In this document: one piece after another, positions 57,291 to 64,000 of the stretch
Position numbering within the stretch: the first letter of the stretch is position 1
Layout of the letters: each line of letters begins with the position of its first letter
Assembly: GCF_009914755.1 (NCBI RefSeq)
Contig: NC_060942.1
Reading direction: 5' to 3' (one strand)
DNA from: the human T2T-CHM13v2.0 reference genome, Homo sapiens
DNA: 64,000 nt
Position numbers and translations under genes: made by a program
The notes under the pieces: model-generated
Databases searched by the model: none
Told to the model about the DNA's origin: nothing
What the model saw: the letters and a program-made list of their open reading frames with translations, nothing else

Positions 57291-60200
57291 GCCAAGTATC
57301 TAAAAGGCATTCAGATATCCGTTGGTTCTAGTTCTATTACATTGGAAGAATATAATGAGTCAAACTATCTGCTAAAGCCAAAAAAGGTGGACATGATTAA
57401 ACGGTGGTTCCAAATTAATTTCAGATTTACCTTAACAAAAGTAATGTGCTTAGCACTTACAGTTTCATATATGTCGATTTCTTTATCTTCCAGAGTCTCT
57501 ACAGGAATTGTAGATATGATTATGCCCAGGTGCAAAAGAGGAATCTGAAGCCTAGGGAGTTTAAGTGACTTGTTCAAGATTACACAGTGAGTTATTGGCA
57601 CAGGAATATCTATTTCTGATTTGGTTCTTTCCAATATACCACAGCTGAACAGAGACTGTCACCGGCAGTTTGGTGTAGCTACAATAGGTATTTTTACATA
57701 TTGTATAAGCTACGATATTAAAATACACATACTAAAACATTTTTATGTTTAAGGCAAAAGTATTCAAAACCAAATCAGCAATATATTAAGCATTCCCTTA
57801 TAACTAAATGCTACCTTTCCTTAAAAACTTACGCTGTAAAGAACCACCTAGAATTCCAACCTATAAACATTGTTTGAAAATTTTCTAGATAGAAATCTCT
57901 AACAGACTAACACAAATACTTGGTTCCCTAGATCATTTTCAGGTTGTTGGTAACCAAGGGGTACAAAATACACCCTTGAATTACCACTTCATTTCCCATT
58001 TCCTCCCTAGTGAATCAGAATAGTTCATTAGCTGAATAAGGCAGGAAGAAAGGCAGTAGATTCCCCACCCATTTGCAAAAACAATTACAGTAACTGAACC
58101 CTTCTCAAGGGTCCCAGAACTAATACAAACCATTATTAACGAAATTTAAATTTTAAAGCCTAGAAAAATTGTAATATTTAATTTTTAAAGCTAGTGTCTA
58201 TATATATACGCAAATTAACTTTCTGTACTACAAATGACAGTAAATTTTTAGCTAGACACATTAGAACTATATTACAATTAAAACTGTGCCTTGTGGGTAG
58301 TACAGACACCAAAATTTTATCAAGTAAACTAATTTGGATAGTGGTATTTTAAATTATGCATATTAGAAATTCAGTATCCTACGATTAGGGCACAAGTTAA
58401 TCCAAAATACTAACCTTCCAGAGCAGAATGCTTCAATACTGAAGTGGCAATGTAGAGTACAAAGAATTTTATTTCTGATGTCAAACTATGCTAAATCCAA
58501 TCTCAACTATTTGAGCAAGTTAGCTCTCAGAACCTCTGTTTCTACCTCTCTAAACGGCAGTAACCACCTAGCAGGGTTAAACGGCACTGGTGAAGCACCT
58601 AACATAGTACTAAGCAAAGAGAAGTCCAACAATGCACCCTCATCCCCATAAAAGAAAAAGACACTGTGCTGTAGCATCATTCTGAAACTATTTATTCTCA
58701 TGAAATATGTACTTCTCCTTGAAGAGAAAATTTATGTACAGCAAGACCAAGCTTTCTCTTTTTCTCCTGGTCACAGACGTATAAACCCTATTTCAGTTGT
58801 GTTAGAGCTTGAAGGGTGGTTCCACCCTAAGAAATTGGGAAGACAAATTGAAACAGTGTAAAGTATTAATTGTTAATAAAGAATTTTGTTTTATAATGTG
58901 TAATATATTAAGCACACTTACTATTCATACATAAATATCCAGATATTGGGAGTATGCACATTTTTTTTGGACAGGGTGTACAATAAAAAGAAGCTAGAGA
59001 CGACTTTTCTAGACTATGTGGCTAGAGAACACACATAGACCATTAATTAAAGTCTAATGAAAGATACACATTTATCCTAATAGTAATACAAAATCTTGGG
59101 TTACAAGTCTCTAAACAACTGAATTTATGACATTTAGTATTAATTTATAATGTATTAAGAATGGGTATACAGTTCTATTTTAATTCACTTTTTAGTCTAA
59201 ATGGATATAAATGACTGTACAAATTGGAACAAAACCTGCTGACTAAAATTAGACCTGTTAATCACTGTTAATATGTCTTGCAGGTACTATACTTAAAAAC
59301 AGAGACGTTCTAAGTTTATAAAATTAGGTCTTAAAATCTGTTGTCAGGTTTATTTTTGATGTCCATATTCTAAAACTTCTTTGATTATATCAACAAGCCT
59401 CTTCAGTTCCTGGCTTTATTTTACAGTATTGTTGTTTCACAACAGATGCAATGCTTTAAAAAACAAGGCCAATTTAACATTTACAAATGACCATATGCTA
59501 CTGGGGAGTATAAATTCGAGGTCAAACACTCTGCCAACTTTCATCAGTATCAAAAGCGGTAGTTTGTGTTTTAGAAAAACACTGGAACTCAGAGGCCATC
59601 TACATGAGTTGCTAGTCTATGTGACTCAGAATTCCATTTGTCCTGCTCTTTGCTTCAGAGCTGAAGTCATAAATGTCTCCATCTGTGACATAATTATTTC
59701 CAAAATCAATTAAGAGATGTCAAATAGAAAATTATGGCTTCAGGTAATACATAAAATGGCAGAAATGGATAATTTAATCTTAAGGATGAAAGTTTAGCTC
59801 CTTCAAAGCAAACAAGAAAATGAAATGATTTGCCCTGTTTTACTTACTTAGGACAGATTCTCTCCCGTGGGGAAATATAATACTGTAAAAGAATGTGAAC
59901 ATTAGAAGTCACTTCGTTCCCCATACGAGTGAGCAAACACTTTACAGGTTTATTACTATGCTGCTGGGACATGGGGGTGGCAAAGGGGTCAATGATCCAC
60001 AAGTTGTATGGTTCAGAACAGCAAAAGGACCAGATTTTCTGCTTTTAAGATAGAGGATGATGACATACTTTTAACAGTATTGTCAACTCTGGGAAAATAC
60101 AAGGTTTAAATGGAAGAGCCAGCAATTTGTCTCCATGATCTAAGACATAATTAAATTCAACATTTCCTTATTAACCAAATAAACACAGCCCTCAAAAGAA

Positions 60201-62330
60201 AAACTAAGGCTTTATCTCATTTCCTATCACGTAATAGCTGGTACAAAATAAAAACTTGGAATTCACTTTACTTTTAAAAAACTGATTTCTATAAAGATTA
60301 ACAACATACACAAGTAAGGGCCATTTAGCAGTGCTTTAAGGGGTGTCTACTATAATGAAGGACTAAAGTTTGTATTAAACTAAATCTATAAAATATGTTA
60401 TCTTGTCCTTCAGTAAAACTGGCACGTAAATGTTTTCTTCCTTTGTTACCCTAGACTGTTACCATAAGCACACGGAAGCAACTTGTCCTGAGAAGTGGCA
60501 TCTTCATATGGCATTCAGGCTTCTTCACATTCTGGTGTGAACGCCTGCCTTCCCCCTTTTCCACCACTCCCCTTTACAGACCTCAAGTATCAAAACAACA
60601 CTACTTGGCAATTATACCTAGGCTAGTCCTCCACACCCCTCCTCACATTGTTCCTCCACAGTTTTTCAATCTCCATTTGTTAGACTCCTTCCTACCCATT
60701 TTCCAAGGCCCTCTCCATAGATGTTCTCTTACCTGAGACTTTGTCATACTAAATACACTATAGTTAGTGCCATTCTACTGTTTATTAGACTGTTATCTTC
60801 TTAAGGGCAGAAAGTCTGAATTAACTTCACATTCTCAATACCACAAACTCAAAACCTGGCAAAATACAAGCTTGGTACATAGCGATTCCTCAGTGTTCTT
60901 ACATGAATGGTCAACTCATTCTGATCCAAATTGAGATGTTGTAATTTTATCCCATGTAAACAAAAGTTTTCTCCTGGATTATTACTCTAAGTATCGCCAA
61001 AACCAAACAATCCAGGAATCTGAAACTCATTAACCAGAAGAACGACAAGCATAAGCTACCTTTCAATTGAAAGGTCCAGCTTTGAACAGTGTCTGTAAGT
61101 GCCAATCATCAGGCAGTCTGAACTAAGCTATCTCCTTTATCCAGATTTCAGATGAGTTTTTATTAAAATCCTACAGATAGGAAAGAAATAAGCCAAGTCT
61201 GATATGTGAAACCACCATTTCGACAGAGCTCTTATTTATGTGTACTTTAGACCACCTGGGAAAGATGAGATCATTTAAGCGGCAGCGCCATCATCTCTCT
61301 TTATTTGACCCCAACAATGCTCTCAACCTAACAGTAAAGAGGCATGCAACAACCAGGCTAAACCACATTGTCATGCGGTGGCAGCAGGTAACATCTGCCC
61401 CTTTCATAAAGGGGAAATGCTACCATAAAGAACTTAGGACCTTCCCTAAAAATGTCGGATACAGAGGTACCCCGGGCATCCCCTTCCCCCACCTTCACAA
61501 ATCTACTCCTGGAATCTGAGACACAGGTCCTTTGTCTGAACAATGTGGGAGGAGTCTGTCTGCAGTACTGGTGTGCTGGCAAGTGAAGAGGAGAATTAAC
61601 TGAAAACTGTATAAACCGATGAAGTTTCTTAATTACCTTAGTGTCCATTTTTTCTTCATCCTGCACACTGAACAGTTTTAAAAGACAGCCAGTGTGTCAG
61701 TGTGTCTTTCCGAGAGTTGAAACGTACCGAGAGAAATACAGTTAAGATAGGCGGCAGTGAGTTGGGCTGCTTTTCCAAAGCTAAGTTTCTCAACAGCGGA
61801 GGGGCAGGGGATGGCGGTGATACCGACCATTTGAACACCCCTTCCCTCCCCAGTGAGCTCTGTCTACAGGCCTCCATTTCTGTTCTTTTCTCCATCTGAA
61901 CAAGTTCTTGTAAGGGAGGCTGAACGCTTTTAGAAGACACTCGGCGGCGCAAACTTGCAATCTCGAAGCTTTCCGTACCCAACAGCGAACCCACAACTCC
62001 TCGAGCCCGACCTTTTACCACCTCACTGAGGTTTCTGGTGCCACGCCAGCCTGGTGTTCCACGAATACAGCCCAAGTAACGTGAACACCACCGGACTGGG
62101 TCGCCCGAGAAACTTCACACTTTTTACCAGGCAAGACGGGCGGAAAAGCGTGGGTTTTCGCAAGGTGACCCATCTTCACATCTGGTCGACCCTCGGCTCC
62201 TCCCAGACCCCTTCGCGGTGGACTTGGGGGCCTCGCCGGGTTCGCCTTTTCCGTCCCACGCTCCTTTCTCTCGTCTCCCCACCCACGCCCGGGGCCATGC
62301 CCAGCTGGACCTCCCCACCCCTGCACTCAC

Positions 62331-63075
62331 CCTGGCGGCCGACGATCTCGGCGACGTGCTCGGAGCTGGGCACCGGGACGCACTCGGTGGTGTTGACGCT
62401 CTTTCTCCGGAGCAGGGCCGCCTGCTCCCCGTTCAGGGCGGCCGCCGCCGCCCCACAACCGCCGGGGCCGTAGGCGTGGGACAGCATCGCCGCCATCATG
62501 CCCTGGGCATCGTCCCCTCCGTACAGCACCCCCGCCGCCGCCGCCGCCTCCCGGGCATCGAACCTGGCGGCTGGCAGCAGCACAGACCCCAGGGACCCGC
62601 CTGGGATCTGCTGGGTCTGAGAGGCGGTGGCCGCGGGCGGCGACAGCAGCAGCAGCGACGACCGGTCCTCCTCCTCTGCTTCCTCCAGCTCCTCCTCCTC
62701 CAGCAGGTCTCCGTCCAGCTCCGCTTCCTCCCCCTCCTCCTCGTCCTCTTCCAGCTCCAGCTCGGCCGCCTCCGGGGCCCCGGGCCGGCCGGGCGGAGCC
62801 CGCTCCTCTGGAGACAGCTCCGCTGCCCGCCGGGCCTGGCCCTGCGCCGCCGCTGCCGGGGCCCGAAGCGCCGGGGCGCCGGGCTCCGCCGGGCTGGGGT
62901 CGTCGAGGCCTAGCGCGGCCAAGCGCTCCCTCAGCAGGAGCCCGTCCCCCTCGAGCTCCGGGCCGCCCGAGGGCGGCGGCAGAGGCGGCGGTGGCGGCGG
63001 CGGCGGCGGGGGCGGCTGCGGCAGGGGGGCCGGGGCCGCCGCCAGGGCCAGGGCCGCGGAGCTGCCGCTGGGCAT
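62331..63075 (-). CDS. MEX3C: MEX3C coding exon 1 (Pro/Ala/Glu-rich N-terminus and first part of KH1)
   Basis: [27 protein letters not shown]...[20 protein letters not shown] is followed by the canonical donor CAGG|GTGAGT (intron starts at 62330). 745 nt, phase 1; joins exon 2 in frame. Confidence 0.97.
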
Positions 63076-63114
63076 CGCGGCGGCGCGCTGTCAATGGCGG
63101 CGGCGGCGGCCGGG

Positions 63115-63141
63115 TCAGGCGCGGCAGGCGGCGAGCCCCAT
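63115..63141 (-). other. Upstream ORF MGLAACRA* in the MEX3C leader
   Basis: ccgccATGG context; ATG GGG CTC GCC GCC TGC CGC GCC TGA; ends 39 nt before the main ATG. Confidence 0.7.
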
Positions 63142-63353
63142 GGCGGACAGGGCCAGGGCCCTGCTCAGCTCGCAAACACCTTTCCTCTGGGGAGGCGGCG
63201 GGGCTGGGGACCCGGGCCGAGGAGCGCCAGGGCCGCCCGGAGACCGGAGAGGGCGGGGTGGAGGGGCAGGGGAAGGAGGCAGAGGTAGGTAACTAGGTGG
63301 GTGGGTGGGGACGGCGGCGGGGCGGGCTGGTGGAGGTGGCAGCGGCTCCCCTC

Positions 63354-63374
63354 TCAGTGTTTCTTTTGTTTCAT
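63354..63374 (-). other. Upstream ORF MKQKKH* (present in mRNA only if the TSS lies above 63374)
   Basis: ggccATG AAA CAA AAG AAA CAC TGA on the minus strand. Confidence 0.5.
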
Positions 63375-64000
63375 GGCCTTAACCAGCCCCCGGCGCGCGC
63401 GGCGGCGGCGGCTACGCCCCACGCCGCTCTCCGAATGAAGCCGGCGCGCTCTGATTGGGTGCTTTTAATCTCTGGGAGCCCGCCTTCTCCTCCCGCAGCC
63501 TTCCAACTCCTTTCCCCAGCCCCACCCCCCACCCTCCTTCGGGCCCCGCCCCTCCCCTCCCCAGAGCTCTCTGATTGGGTGACCGGGACCAGCCAGTTCC
63601 CGAAGCCTACTCCTTCCGTCCTCTCCCCGCCCACCTCCCTCTCATTCCTCCCGGCACGCGCGGAGAGGGACTGTGATTGTTCACTTTACACGTCACTCTT
63701 TGTGACGTCCCCGGCGGGGGCGGGAAAAAGGAGGCGGACGAAGGCGCTGCAGCAGAGGCTGAAACTAAGGGCCAAGCGGGGTTTTGGCGCAGGCGCGTGC
63801 GGTCGAAGCGCACACCTGGATTTGTTTCCCCCCAACCCTTCATCCCTGTAGCCCATGTGGCTGAGTTCTTTTAGGGAAGGCACTGTGTGAGCGGCCTGGA
63901 GCAGAGCTGCAGGCATAGGTTCGAGAGCATTGTTTCCTTGGGTTGAGGAAGAGATCGCCCCCTTCAGAGGAAGGGCCTTAAGAAGAGTCACGGAAGGAGG

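Larger units (their letters stand above)
61900..63830. promoter_or_regulatory. MEX3C: CpG island covering the MEX3C promoter, 5'UTR and exon 1
   Basis: Very high GC and CpG density; GC boxes (63544-63551, 63717-63724), CCAAT boxes on the minus strand (63454-63458, 63574-63578), CRE-like TGACGT half sites (63690-63708). Confidence 0.93.

Noticed and set aside
62176-62330. C-terminal extension of the 299-aa ORF (ECRGGEVQL...)
   Set aside because: Intron read-through past the canonical donor; breaks the KH1 domain.
62327-63175. 282-aa Gly/Arg-rich alternative-frame ORF overlapping exon 1
   Set aside because: Starts at a non-ATG codon, explained by GC content, and terminates two codons into exon 2 after splicing.
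62218-63851. Long plus-strand ORFs (231, 221, 184 aa) over the CpG island
   Set aside because: Antisense shadows of GC-rich, low-complexity exon 1/promoter sequence where stop codons are rare; no domain-like content.

Overview
Human-type (primate) genomic DNA, rich in Alu, L1, MaLR LTR and DNA-transposon relics. It holds one complete protein-coding gene, MEX3C (KH-KH-RING RNA-binding E3 ligase), on the minus strand. Coding exon 1 (63075-62331) lies in a CpG-island promoter, followed by a ~19 kb phase-1 intron and exon 2 (CDS 43344-42119, then ~1.8 kb of 3'UTR to AATAAA at 40345-40340). The spliced ORF is 656 aa. The left 40 kb is intergenic and contains a near full-length processed SRSF10 pseudogene (21095-25204, minus) that split a MER5A element and later received five Alus. 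I found no convincing new biological system. The best leads are small-scale: two uORFs in the MEX3C leader (one in optimal Kozak context), MEX-3-type recognition elements in MEX3C's own 3'UTR, a shortened poly-Ala allele, an unexplained 59-bp duplication 3 kb apart in the intron, a minisatellite born inside an MLT1 LTR, a forward-inverted-forward micro-rearrangement in a MER44, and orphan NRF1/CTCF motifs. Repeat subfamily names are from memory of consensus sequences and repeat boundaries are approximate.
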